From positions 124,001-188,000 of the forward strand of contig CAJINV010000001.1 of the NCBI GenBank assembly GCA_905178155.1: a stretch of 64,000 nucleotides of DNA, given 5' to 3'. The notes under the pieces were generated by a model, which was not told the DNA's origin, did not search any database, and worked only from the letters and a program-made list of their open reading frames with translations. How positions within the stretch are numbered: position 1 is the first letter of the stretch; every line of letters begins with the position of its first letter. The stretch is from Amoebophrya sp. A120. Lineage: Eukaryota > Protista > Dinoflagellata. This document shows, one piece after another, positions 14,001-25,704 of this stretch. A program made the translations under genes and the position numbers.

Positions 14001-14661
14001 GCTGTCATGCGTAAAAATGCATCACAGCCAAACTTCATAAGGGATTTGCCCAGTGTTTGTGTTTCTGCAATACAAGAAAAACCTGCGATGCTGGAAGAAT
14101 TTCTCATGCAAAACATGCACGTTAGTGACTGTGACGAACTTTTTTCTTTCCATAGATTGCTCTGCGTCATCAACATTTTCAAGGCCGAGTGGGATTTGGA
14201 GAACCGGATATGAAAGCCTCAGGTTGGAAATCCTCAAAGTGAAAATAATTCGTAATGCAAAAAAGCGACTCCAGTTGGAGCACCATTTCTAGTCGGCGCA
14301 TGACAAATTTGCCGGGCACTCAAAACGTGTCTGTCATGCTAGTTACTCAAAGGGGTACCCTTCTCTCTTGCTAATCAGCAGCCCGATTCTGAACCCGTAG
14401 AAGCACAATAGTCGGCCTCCATTGCGTTCGCTGCAATACAGTCCTTTTGGTGTCGCATTTCATGCATCACAAATCATTTCCACGTTGAGGATTTCCATTC
14501 TGAGGGTGTCATAGCGGAAGGAGGAAACTTTCACACCCCACGCGGACAAATACTGTACGGAACTGCAACTGATGTCAGCTGCTGGGACGAGATCACATAC
14601 AAATTTCTTGCAGAATCACGCCGCTGGGTCGAATAAAAAAAAGCATTGCAAAAGCGCATAG
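11013..14661 (+). CDS. Multi-pass membrane protein, CPBP (CAAX protease/Abi)-like; about 11 exons
   Basis: Spliced segments QVFWNVFICQNFL, YLAIALVPVLSCVVHG and YHASGGSVLIPGLIHACW follow CPBP motif order. Canonical intron 11932-12180; introners at 11203, 11514, 12231, 12476, about 12702, 13210, 13495, 13943 and 14209. Confidence 0.6.
11203..11464. mobile_element. Introner family B
   Basis: Perfect TIR tatcaaatgtaaaaatgtctgggtctggaag; TSD cgccc/cgccc; frame restored (GGA-PYLC). Confidence 0.95.
11514..11823. mobile_element. Introner family C (TATGA.AGCCTCAGAATGGAAAT TIR)
   Basis: TSD tcgtt/tcgtt; highly similar along its length to 14209-14513. Confidence 0.95.
12231..12420. mobile_element. 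Degenerate introner
   Basis: Imperfect TIR tatcccgaccgctgtgca / tgcacagttcgggtcgata; removal plus 5 bp skips an in-frame stop. Confidence 0.6.
12476..12658. mobile_element. Introner
   Basis: TIR tatcgtacgaaaaaa..ttcactg; TSD accat/accat. Confidence 0.85.
13210..13373. mobile_element. Introner family A
   Basis: TSD ctgaa/ctgaa; TIR tgcaaaag(c/t)atcgtact. Confidence 0.92.
13495..13851. mobile_element. Old introner with decayed TSD
   Basis: Inverted aaaaagtagta..tccgt.tcag arms; removal plus 5 bp joins FLW-VVLAYH in frame. Confidence 0.65.
13943..14154. mobile_element. Introner
   Basis: TIR tat.gaagaaaaaaagttcgtcac; TSD gattg/gattg. Confidence 0.9.
14209..14513. mobile_element. Introner family C
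   Basis: TSD ccgga/gcgga; sibling of 11514-11823. Confidence 0.92.
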
Positions 14662-15393
14662 CCATACTAGATTATACCAGCAAAAGATATTCTTATTCAT
14701 ATTTCTGGCCTCACCAGTTCAGTTTTCGACGCTCCATGATGAGCAAATCTCTCCTGAGTATGGTGCACAGCATGAACATGCACCAGTCTTGATACTTTTT
14801 CACGAAAATAAGAACCGGCCCTAGTTGCATGCTTCCCGCGGTGCCCGTGCAAGCGGACGAAATAAATTTTTGTGCATCAGATGAACGTATGCTCGTTTTT
14901 GTACACCGAGCAGCACGGAACGCGAAGGCGAATTATGTCCGTATGCTCGTTTTTTATGAGCATCTACATGATTTTTTGCCGTGAAATAGAATTTTTCTTC
15001 CCACGACCTGACGCTCTCAATTTCATATAGTGGTGGCTGAGCATAGTGCTGATTTCCGGGTTCTACGCGATGGTGTCCTTCGTAGCTATCCCTTTCGGGG
15101 AAAAATGTATACTTTTTTCATTTTGACGTCAATCATACATTACCAGCATTAGACAGATACTTTTACAACGCACGCTTCCAAATCTAATTCAATCATGCCT
15201 GTACCTTTATTGGTTTTGGGGACGCCGCGGAGCACAACTGCTGTGACTTCCACATTATGATGATTCGGATTTTTTTCCGCATAGCAATTTAAGTGAAAAA
15301 ATCTAGCACTACTCCTACTCGTCAAAGAACTACTTCTCACGCTACATCATAAATACTCAACACCCAAAAACGGTGTTTTGAACAGACTTTCGC

Positions 15394-16241
15394 ATGCCGC
15401 TCACCTCTCCCGAGGAGCACGCGGACCCCGAGACAGCGTGCCGCTACAACGAGCTAAACATGTGGCCCTTCGTATGCATTGCAAAAGTATCGTACTCGTA
15501 TAAATGCATTACAAATTTCCTCAGCGTGAGAAATAAGATTTATAAATGCAGACCTGCCTTGTTCGGAACAAGATTTGTAATCAAATGCAAGACTTGCTCT
15601 TGCATTTGAATTTATACGAGTGCGATACTTTTGCACAGGATACTTCGGGAAAAACAGCAAACTTTATTCCTTTGACACCTTTCTCGTTTACGCCAGCGGG
15701 GTGCAAATTCTGTTCGGTGCGGCAACCTGGCGAATGGTCCGCACTGGGATGGACGTCATTGAAAAGAGCGGGGAACTGACAAAGCAGAGCAAAGAGTACT
15801 GGGCCGCGCTGATGGTCCAAGAGCTCGAGTTCAACCACCCAATATGCCTTGCAGCTCAGATGTCACATATCTCAACTCTTACGATAGGATACGAAGGAAA
15901 GAACGTCATGATAGCTACGGAAATTTGACATGCGAAAACCGTACGTACTTCTAGTAGAAAGATAGCCGTACGAGGCTGAGGCTGAGCCTATCATGCCTGC
16001 CCCCAGCTGCATAGGGATGTTGCCCGTGACATCAAACTCGGGAATTAGAATCGAGCTAAATTTGTTGTATTGCGAAAAAATGAAGCGGCGTAAAGTTCCC
16101 GATGTTTCTCATGTTCTACTTTCTGCAAGACCAAGGCGAAGTTCGGAAGATATCATGGTAACTACAGTTGTTCCAGTTGAGATTGTACCTGACACCTGGG
16201 CGGTGTGCCACGTGTATACCCAAGGCTGGCAAAATTTTTGA
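15394..16241 (+). CDS. Small hypothetical protein, about 3 exons (3' end uncertain)
   Basis: ORFs 15394 and 15620 join in frame after removal of introner 15473-15642; probable second intron about 15841-16189. Confidence 0.5.
15473..15642. mobile_element. Introner family A
   Basis: TSD cttcg/cttcg; TIR tgcaaaagtatcg.actcgtata. Confidence 0.93.
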
Positions 16242-17463
16242 ACCTGCAGGTGACCTCCACCGGGGCAGACGAGGCGACGCTGCTGCACGCGATTCCGTAA
16301 GTAAGGGGAGTGTGAGATCCCCTACTGTACGTTCTGGAGACATGAGCAGGTCGTGGCGCGTCGCTTCTCGAAGATGTGGTGCTGGCCCTGGCCTTCGTGT
16401 TGCCGCTGGCGTCCGAACATGAATCCGCAGGAGCCCGACCATGGACGGCGAGGGCTCATCAACCTCATGCTGATGCTGCTCCTCGCTCCTGCTGCTTCAT
16501 GATCCGTGGCAAAAATCATCCGACTAACACAAAATGAATGGGGACAAAACAACCAGTAGTCGAGCGACGCGTTCGAGTTGTAACGATGATAATTTTCTTT
16601 GCCACTCTACCGCTACCAGCATGACGAAGTAAGTGGAAGTGCGCGGCATCGGCGCTGCTTCGATCGAGACGACTGCAGATGCGGAGTTTTCGGAGGATAC
16701 GCGAATGAAGTTCAGGCGCATGGTATTTTGCGAGATGAAGACCACTCCGTCGGGAAGACCGTCATGCCGCGAAATCAAAAGAGCATGTCGTGTGTGAACA
16801 AAGCGCCAGCTCGGCGGGAAATAATTACATATACAATTTCTTTTCCACGGGACTCACTTCGAGAAGTCTTGTTTGATTGCTAGCCCGGACTTTTTCGACG
16901 ATCATTTGCTTTTTATTGAAGATAAAGACCACCTGGCTGTAGCTGCTCGGCGAGATGAACAATGGAAGAACCTGACGCTAGTAGCGTCAGGTTCTTCTAC
17001 AAGTGAGAAGAACCAGAGGCTGCAGAGCCCGGGAAAGACCGAGGACATCCGTGTCAGCAATATTTTGGAATTTTTTTCTGCAGACCAGATGATTTGCTTT
17101 CGCATTTTGTCGCTTGTTCAATACGCGACAACAAAACAACAAAAACAATCTATACGAGACTTCTACTCCACCGACCATGTATCTGTATGTGGCAGTGTCG
17201 TCCTCGTGTATCAGAAGCAAGTCTTCGAACACGACATCTACTCCTGCTACAAAACGAGGAGTAAAAGTAATTTGCATGCAGCTGTTCTTGGTTGAGTGGG
17301 AGCGAAAACAAACTAAAGTATTCGCGAAAAAAATAGCGGAAGCTTGAGCAACATACGTCCGAACCAGGAGCTGCACCCTGGATAGGTGCGCCAGTGCTAT
17401 TTGCGTCCTAATTTCATGGTTTTCGTTCTCACGGACGAGGTTATGTCGTTTCTGTTATTCCCA

Positions 17464-17524
17464 GCACACTGCTTTTTAGATGTGCATGTGGCTTAGCCAC
17501 ATGCACATCTAAAAAGCAGTGTGC
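17464..17524. repeat. Perfect 30-bp-arm inverted repeat with 1-nt spacer
   Basis: gcacactgctttttagatgtgcatgtggct-t-agccacatgcacatctaaaaagcagtgtgc. Confidence 0.95.
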
Positions 17525-17769
17525 AAGAGAGAGGAGCAAGAGAGAGGCATCTGCTCGCCCAGGTGTTGCTTAGGCTTACCATAGTACTTCGTTCATCAGC
17601 TGCACGCACATTTATTCTTCCTGGCTTGCTGGTGTACTGAAATCATCCTAGAAGAAGTCGGTTTGTCACGAAAAAAATTGGAGTTTGACAGTTGGTTGTA
17701 AAGCCAATTTTTTGGGACGACCACCGCCCCCGGTGACCACTACGAACGACGTCCAAGTAGAACACCACC

Positions 17770-20700
17770 ATGGCCCTCGTTTTCCCTGCCGGTGGCACCG
17801 CTGCCCCGCACCAAATTTCCAGCACCAGCAGCGGCAGCGCACCTCCGATTCCCGGCAATAGTACTACTTCCATGCGGCTTCCGCCCCCACTGCACGTGTC
17901 CGTGCGGGGGCTGGCGTTTCCCTACCAGCTCTCTGAGGAGGACGTGCGACGTATCCAGTGCAAATTTTGGTGTCTGGGTCTGGAAGAGTGCAACACTTGT
18001 CATGCATCTCGCGGACCACGCTTTCGCTCACGCACATGGTCTGGAATGCACCCAGAACAAGCATCGCAGATATTGCGCGACACTCTCGATGCCTCTTGCG
18101 CATGAGCAGAAATCCACCTACTTTTGCCTAGTGAGAAGGAGGCAGCTTTTGGGGTTCCATTCATGAAGCACAGATCTTATTGTGTTCCAGATTTCGCATG
18201 ACAAGTTGCAACCTTCCAGACCGAGATCATATATTTCCATTCGATACGCCGGGTTTTCGGACGATACGGCGAGGTGGATTCCGTCCGCGTGTTGAACGAG
18301 GAAAGTGCAAATGTGACGTTTCTATCCTATGCAAAAGTATCCTACTCTTACTTTAGTAATCGCAGGCTAAACCTAAATTTCCTTTCAAGGTAAATCTTCA
18401 GCATGACAGTTTCCATTTTTCATGCTGAGCCTCCGATTTGTATATGCAATTCATACTAGTAGAACTAGTACGATGAAGATGATACTTTTGCAATTTATAG
18501 TTTCTCGGGTTCGGCAACGCTCTGGCCGCATGGAATGACTTGAACAACAAAGCGCTGCTGGGCATCGACGGCGCCTTCCTGTTCGTGTCCTGTCCGGAGC
18601 TCGAAGGAAGCTCGCCGAGCTATCAGAATGCACAACTCGAACCCCCCCCTCATTTGTAATGCTATGCAAAATAACAAATGCAAATCCAAATGGAAATGAA
18701 ATCCATGTCGGACATGATGTTCTGCCTTTAGGCCCCCGCCCTTCCTGCATGCCCAATTTTGGAATCTCATCGTCAAACACGAAGTGCACTGCAATCCGTG
18801 TTCAAGTTTATCATGCGGAAGCGACATATAATCTGCCCGCTGCTGTCTGCGTTGCTGATGTTCTTCATGCCATCCAAATGAGGTGGAGGGGGAGTTGTTG
18901 CGCACTCTCATATATGCATTGCAAAAATGTCTGGGTCTGGAAGAATGCAACTTGTCATGCTGAATCTGAAGCATGCAAAAATTTGTGTTTCATGATCACC
19001 AAAAGATGTCCACTTTTGAACAGTTTGACAGGGAGTTTCTCATGCAGAATAGGCATGATAGACACCTCGCAGCGTTTGTCATGCTAGGTGCTGCATTCCA
19101 GGCCTCATGGGTCATGGAAAAACTGCATCACAAATCTTGCATTCTTCCAGACCCAGACATTTTTACATTTGATATCATAGGAGCAGGCGGAATACCAGTA
19201 AGGACGAGGGCGGAGGCGGGACAAGATGGTCCTATGAATTGCAATACCAATTTTTATCGCACTTTTCGTACCAATTGCATTTACCGATTTTCATCTCAAG
19301 ATGAACAAAAATGCAACTCCTACTTGTCATGCTAGACCTAGATCAGGTAGCTTAGCACTAGAAAGTTTGACTTTTCATGCACGATTGCAAAAATTCCTTT
19401 TCCTTAAGAGTGCGAATTCGATATTTTTGCAGCGCATAGGCTCGACATGCAAACAAGTGACCAGGGCGGCAAGAAGTACACCTGCAGACTGGAATATCCC
19501 AGATGCAAAAACAAAAAAGGCGTTCGTAACGTTCTGCTTCTGTCTCAGGAGACACATCTGTTTTTTGTTGTAGTGCTCGTCTCTCACGGTTTTCGATTTC
19601 GCCACAGATGTCATGACATTCTGATTCTCGACGAACGTCTCTTTTCTAGTGGATTCTCAAATCGGCATTGAGAACGAGAAGGAGTTTCGGGTAAGTACAT
19701 GCAGCTTTTCACTTGCGCATGCCTATATTTTAATATTTTGCGTTTTTCTCCTGTACTACCAGTATCAGCATAGAAATTCCTAATACTAGCTGACAACCGC
19801 TAGGAGTTACGAAAGGCTGACGCCGCGACGCCCCTCTTCGCGTTGTACAATTTGCAGCGCGTTGACATATTCTGAATAACTTTGTATGAGCCTGATTAAG
19901 ATTCACCTCTTCACTCGTCTACCACTGCAATAAGTAAAAGGAAATGAATTTAAATCAAAATCTGGACCTGCAAATAAAGGTCGGCTCCAAAGTGATTCAA
20001 ATCGCGCGGCGCATCTGGGTATCGAATGCAAATCGGTCCGGGTCGCTCGAAGGAAGCAGACGCTTGTCATGCAGTTTTTGCATGTGCAGGTGCACGATCC
20101 AAGGCCCACCTCTGGAATGCACACAGAATATGACAGCACATCCTGCGGAGGGTGCATCGTCGATCGTTCTGTTCGCAAACATAGTACCTACAACTCTTTG
20201 TCGTGGTGAGAAACGAAAGACAAATAAAACTCCACATCTTTTTGCCGCTGCTAACTACGCAGCACAGATTTTCGTTTTTATTGCCTCTCTCAGAAAAATA
20301 CACTTCCACTGTCTCTGTCTGCACTTCTCCAGTCGTCCCAGAGGACATATTTTCAAGGGATGCTAGGAGGAATTGCCGACCTTTCGCGCTTCCGGCGGCA
20401 AGTATGACGAAGAGAGTGCACAACTTCTCCCACTCCAAATTGCTCCACATTTTTACCTTTTGTCATGCTGCAAACAGCGATGTCGATGTGATTTTGATGG
20501 CGAAAACGCAACTGCAGTTGTCTTTCTCTTTGTGGATTTTGATGCGGGAAAAAATAAGAAATGTGCACTCTCATAGGGAAACGCGGCTTCGCGGCAAGGG
20601 CGTTGGAGGTCCCCACGAATCCGAGGATATGGCATTCTCAACCTTGTTACTAGTACATTGCTCGCTGTGTTGTAAAGAGTTTTGGGGCGCACAACGACCA

Positions 20701-23480
20701 ACAAACGCGAACAAATGGGTCGAGTGGCCTTGTGGATCTTGCATAATTACGTACAAATGTGCATGTGGCAGCACCCACATAAAATGTCCACGCCGTTTTT
20801 AGCAAGCGCGCCGTCGCGAACTTGTATATTTATACAAAGCAGCTCTTCGTCTATCCTGTCGTGCGGAGCCGGAGTGTGATAACAAGTTGTAGTCGTTTCG
20901 CATGGGCATGGCAAAAGCAAAACATGTAAACAGCGATCATCAATGTAAGTAACGCCTGAGATCGCCATAGAATAGCCGTTGGCGCTGTGCATTTCCTGTC
21001 GTGAAATCCGCGATTTTGGGGTGGCTGTGGATATCGACAGCACATACGTGGTCTGGGTTCTGCTCTGATGACCTTCTACATCGCATCAAACTTGTGACGC
21101 GATGTCAGGACGAAATAAAACAGAACACTCTTCCAGACGAGGACCCAGACACGTTTGCACTTGCTATAGTCGAGTTTGCAGAGCAGGAACTCACCAAAGT
21201 CCACGAGGCTTTTATTCGCTTCCAGGAGGAAACGCACGGCATCGCACCCGACGTCACGGCCGCGAAGCTGCCCGCGTGCAAAGCGGTATCGGACCACCTG
21301 CACACGGTCGCGCCCGGCTTTACCACCACAGGAACTGTATCAACGGCAAAAATGTTGTGCGGGTCCTCTGGGTCTGGACGATGAAAAATGCAGCTAGTAG
21401 TAATAGAATAAACTTTATGTCGTGTGAAGACCCAGAATCATGTCCTTCATTGCTCCACATTGAGTTTCTCAATGCCTAATCCGCTTCAACAATTTATTCC
21501 TTCTTTCTTCCCCCTGTGACACGAAAATGGCCGCTAGCTTGCCCAAGCATGGCAGCAAAAATCACGAATTGCTACGCACAAATTCGAATTTCATATTCAT
21601 CATCATCGTCGTCCATTATTCCAGACCTGGATCTCCCAGTAGACGCTTTTGCATTGCATAAATTGCAGCTTCCCCGGCCACGCGTGCCAGCGCGGCGAAG
21701 GAACAAGAAACATCTTCGACAGTCGCCGGCGGAGGAACTACCGCGACACTGCAGCAGCATATCCTGTGTAAAAACTACTTAAAACTAAAAGTACGTCCCC
21801 CCGGCCGCCTTGGTCATCTTCTTCGTGTTTCTCATGCAAATCTGGAAATGGAATCCGGCAAGTCATAGCTGTCACTGTCTCGTCATGCTGGCACTCCATG
21901 AACATGATGATAGATGGGTACAACGCTATCTGGGAATTTTTTATTTTCGTGCTGTAATCAGGACCGGGATCTTGACCGCACATTTGTCAAGCGACTGGAC
22001 GACTAGCCAGTACTACTAACCGAAACGACCACAAGAATAAACTAATCTGTCTCTGATGTTTCGTGCGCAACTACAACAGGCAAAATTTCTGGGCTCGACG
22101 TGTAGAGGAAAGAATAAACTCACTGCCGCCTTGACAAGTGTCGTGAGGTGGGGACGTTCTTTTAGTTTTTCCTCTGGATACATCAGCACCATACAGGAGC
22201 GACGGCGGTCGTGGCAACCAGGGGGCGAACAAGCAGTAATATGGGACCTGCCACAGGCGGGGAAGACCAGCCGGAAGTATTTTATGCAACTAAGTACTTA
22301 GTAAAGTACTAACGCACTTCTACAGTATGAATTGCTATTGCATATACACATACAGCAAATTTCATTTTTCAAGAAGTAGAAGTAGACCTTGTATACGAGC
22401 AGATCTACCTTTTTAGCACGTGCGACATTTTTACAGATAGAGTACAACTTCATTTTACTTATATCCAATTTTCGAATTTGTATTTCATTTTTTTGCAGCT
22501 CCTTTTCGTTGTTCTTCTTTGGTTCTCGTTTCGACACGACGTCCGTGGTAACCTTCATAAATTACAACATCAGGACAACTCCCCGCCGATATCGCGTGGT
22601 GTGCGACCCCCGACGGCACCGGACGACGATGAAATCGAACACATGACTATCCACAGAAAAAAATCCTTCGGTTCTCCATCCATTTTTTGCATGATATTGA
22701 CATTTAGAAACGACAGGGACACCCAGCCCTTCGCTTCCCAACATGACACAGATACATAGAATTTGATACGTGTTTTGCATGACAAATTGGACGTGGATGG
22801 GTGATTTTTCCTGGATAATGATCGAGCAAAGGAACGAGGCGAGACTATGAGACTCCACAACATCCCCGCCTCCCCCTCATTATGATTTGTAAAAATGCAA
22901 AAATCAATGCTAAATCCTCTCTGAGCCTTTTCGCTGTGCTTGCGTGACAAGTTCTGGAGGCCCAAACTGCACTAGTATGCTGCGTGCGTGGATTGGTATA
23001 TGCCGAGAATGCATCTCTGACGTGGTTTTTCTTTTTGTTGCTAGAGATGCACTACAAATTATGTTCAGGGGGCGGGGGGGGGAGGTTGTACACTGTCATA
23101 AAGAAAAGGCGGCAACTACGATCGAGCGGACGAGATTCGGGATTACTTGAAAAGTGTCGGCTATGCAAGAAAAAAACTGTGTAGGTGTAACTCTGTAATG
23201 CAGAACATGGAACAGAGTTACACCTGTCATGTCGGGCAGCCATGAAGTTCTGTTTTCAATTTCATGTTGTGCGCTTTCCCTTACAAGCCACGCATGACAG
23301 GTTTTCTCTGTCATGTACTAGAGGAGCAAATTTGTAATGCTGTCAGCCAAACAAGGTAGTTAGAGTTACACTAACACGGTTTTTTTCTTGGATATCAATG
23401 TTGTGTTGATGGATGATAAAGGAGCGCGTGGGAACCGCCGCGGCGCAGAGGTGACCAAATGGCGATACTGGAATCCGTAG
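17770..23480 (+). CDS. RNA-binding protein: RRM + KH (SF1/KHDC4-like) + C-terminal CysRS anticodon-binding-like domain; about 15 introns
   Basis: Spliced RRM VSVRGLAFPYQLSEEDVRRVFGRYGEVDSVRVL..ANVTF..NALAAWNDLNNK; KH KKYTCRLE..VGSKVI..KTRLRGKGVG..ESEEPLALCISC; C-terminus [45 protein letters not shown]. Confidence 0.85.
17952..18246. mobile_element. Introner family B
   Basis: TSD cgacg/cgccg; removal joins RRM EDVR-RVFGRYG. Confidence 0.88.
18323..18499. mobile_element. Introner family A
   Basis: TSD gtttc/gtttc. Confidence 0.9.
18621..19179. mobile_element. Introner carrying a nested family B introner (18913-19174)
   Basis: Outer TSD cgagc/ggagc; inner TSD tcata/tcata duplicates the outer element's last 5 bp. 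Confidence 0.85.
19233..19438. mobile_element. Introner (A-like)
   Basis: TSD ggtcc/ggctc; frame restored. Confidence 0.75.
20020..20362. mobile_element. Introner (B-like, degenerate)
   Basis: TSD ctggg/ctagg; joins RRIW-EELPTF. Confidence 0.7.
20403..20575. mobile_element. Introner
   Basis: Inverted gagagtgcaca arms; removal plus 5 bp joins SGGK-TRLRGKG (KH motif). Confidence 0.8.
20628..20969. mobile_element. Introner family D (TATGGCGTTCTCAA-type)
   Basis: TSD gagga/gaata; joins ESE-EPLALC. Confidence 0.8.
21032..21168. mobile_element. Introner (B-like)
   Basis: TSD gtgga/gtcga; joins VAVE-FAEQEL. Confidence 0.78.
21338..21660. mobile_element. Introner (B-like)
   Basis: TSD aactg/aattg. 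Confidence 0.78.
21760..22180. mobile_element. Introner
   Basis: TIR tatcc.g.g.aaaaacta; TSD cagca/catca. Confidence 0.72.
22648..22817. mobile_element. Introner
   Basis: TSD atgac/atgat; joins [11 protein letters not shown]. Confidence 0.82.
22846..23100. mobile_element. Introner with C-rich/G-rich arms
   Basis: TSD gagac/aagaa; joins [12 protein letters not shown]. Confidence 0.8.
23162..23394. mobile_element. Introner
   Basis: TIR tat.caagaaaaaaac.gtgt; joins KSVG-VVLMD. Confidence 0.85.
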
Positions 23481-25704
23481 CACTAGAAGAAATGGCGGTG
23501 GAATTGACCCAATTAGCTTTAGCTATCATGGGAGCGCTGGCCCGGGGAAAATATGATGAAAAATATGAACATCAATGCAACCCGTGGACGCTATTGGGTA
23601 TCGAAGACTTTGTTCTTTTGACACTTCTCTACAGAGAAGAGCTTTGTTGACCGTGCATGCACGTGATAGTTATAGTCGGTGGACACGAATACCAATACGA
23701 AACGGAAACCCCAGGGGGCCAATTTTGAAAAGTTGAGTCTTCTCGGTTGCAAAAACGACAGAGCAATAAAAAGATGACAGTTGAACATGAAGATGCAAGA
23801 TGAAGATATGTATGAATAGGAAATGACATTATACACTGCTACCATGCCCACCCGGTTCCCCTTGCAGGGAGAACGCGGAAGGGCCGCGGGCCGTCTTCCC
23901 GCAACGCCTCCCGCGCGCCCCAAGGCCCCGGAGGTACGCTTACAGTACTCGTCCGGGGGCACACACAAGCGCCACCGGCCACGGCGCGCACGCTCTACAG
24001 GAGCGGAACAACACCGGGACGCCGGACACACCTCTTACCCCTTGTCAGTCACGGCCGAAGTCTGGCCTCCACGCGCACAAACAAGCGACGCCCCCATGTG
24101 TCCCCTGTGTCGGTGCCATCAACACTCACGCCAAATACGCAGCTGCAACTTCCACCTTTTCATATGGAAGCGAAGTCATCTATTGATATTGAGTCAACGA
24201 AGGATGAACTTAATACATTTAGATCCAGACGCGAAACACAGACATTGACATTCATCTGTCCCTCCTCCCTGCCCTGCGTGCGGGGGAGGGGACGATCGCC
24301 GAGCAGAATCACACCCGCGTCTGCGGAGCAGCAACCCAAACCCTCCACCCCGACCAACCCCCCAAGCGCGGATTGTGGAGACCGGCCAGCACCTGCAGTT
24401 CGACCTACACAGAACCTGTCGCTGCCGCGGCGTGCTCTCGTCAGCCTGTGGCACTACGACCCCCCGCCGCCTCCCAGCGACCAACTACTGCCTACGCCAG
24501 GGCTGAGCGACCGAGCGCTCTCTCGCGGCACAAGCGCCGGCATCACCATGCCGGACCACACGCCCTACCTACACGGGGGGAACCCTAACAACCACAACCC
24601 GACCCCAAGGAAGTGCAAGGGAACACAGTAGAGCTTGAGGAAGAGGAAACAGAGACATTTCTACTAGCGTCTGCCACTAATTCCGCCCTTTGATGAATGA
24701 CATTCATCTGAGTCTATCTATACTTGTTGAATACTCGATGGGATTTCGATTCTAATTCGTTGGAAAATTTTCAAAACATTGGAAAAAATCTCTTCGAGAT
24801 TATTTATTTTCTTATTCATAAAATTTTCTTATTCATAAAATCCTCGTTTGCTATTTATCTTAATGTTTTTTATTTTCTTATTCATAAAATCCTCTTTGTC
24901 TTTTTGTTCTGCCTCTTGTTCCCCGGGCCCAACTGGCACCAAGCAGTTTTTTTCTCCTAGGTTTAGGCTTAGGTAGGCCGCCACCGTCGCCAGCACGGGA
25001 TGGCTGCCGTCGCGACCGTCTCACCTTCGACCCATGCCACCGCCCACATCTGTTGCTCGAGATCGATCCAGAAGGGGTTTAGTTTAGGTTTCAGGGTTTA
25101 GGAAGCAATCTTATCATAAAATCCTCATCCCGCGCTGTAAAGACGTGCCGGACTCGTGGCAGCACATACGGCTCTGCCATGAGTATCGCCACCTGGGGGG
25201 GATGCAGTCAGTGGACGAGATCCTCGATATTTTGTGGACGGTCCGGGACGCAGAGTTTCGATTTCCGCTCTCCGAAGCGGAGCCCGGCGTCGAGGAAGAG
25301 CAAGAAGTATAGTCCACCGGGGCCGAACCCTCTTCATGAACCCCGGGTGGGGAGGTGCACTAGTACTGATGTGATAGGTAGAAGCGGGAAATGCAGATAT
25401 TTAAAATTAATGATGTCAGTCACAACAAAGTCACATGTTATACTGGCCGAAATATACATATTCCAGAACGGTACGCGCTGAGGCCTAGAATTATTCGTAG
25501 TAGCATCGTGATTGGGGTCAGACCTTGCGTATATACCCGGGCGTGGTACCCTCGTGAAACGCCTTTTGTTACGCTGGTCAAACATAGCGAATTCAGTGGC
25601 ATACGCGCGCCATACCGTGCGGGTTTGCAGTTTGGGCGAGACGGGTTGTCTTGCTCTCTCTTTGTTGTTCTTCTCCTTTTTCCAGGATCCCGGAATTTTC
25701 GCCG

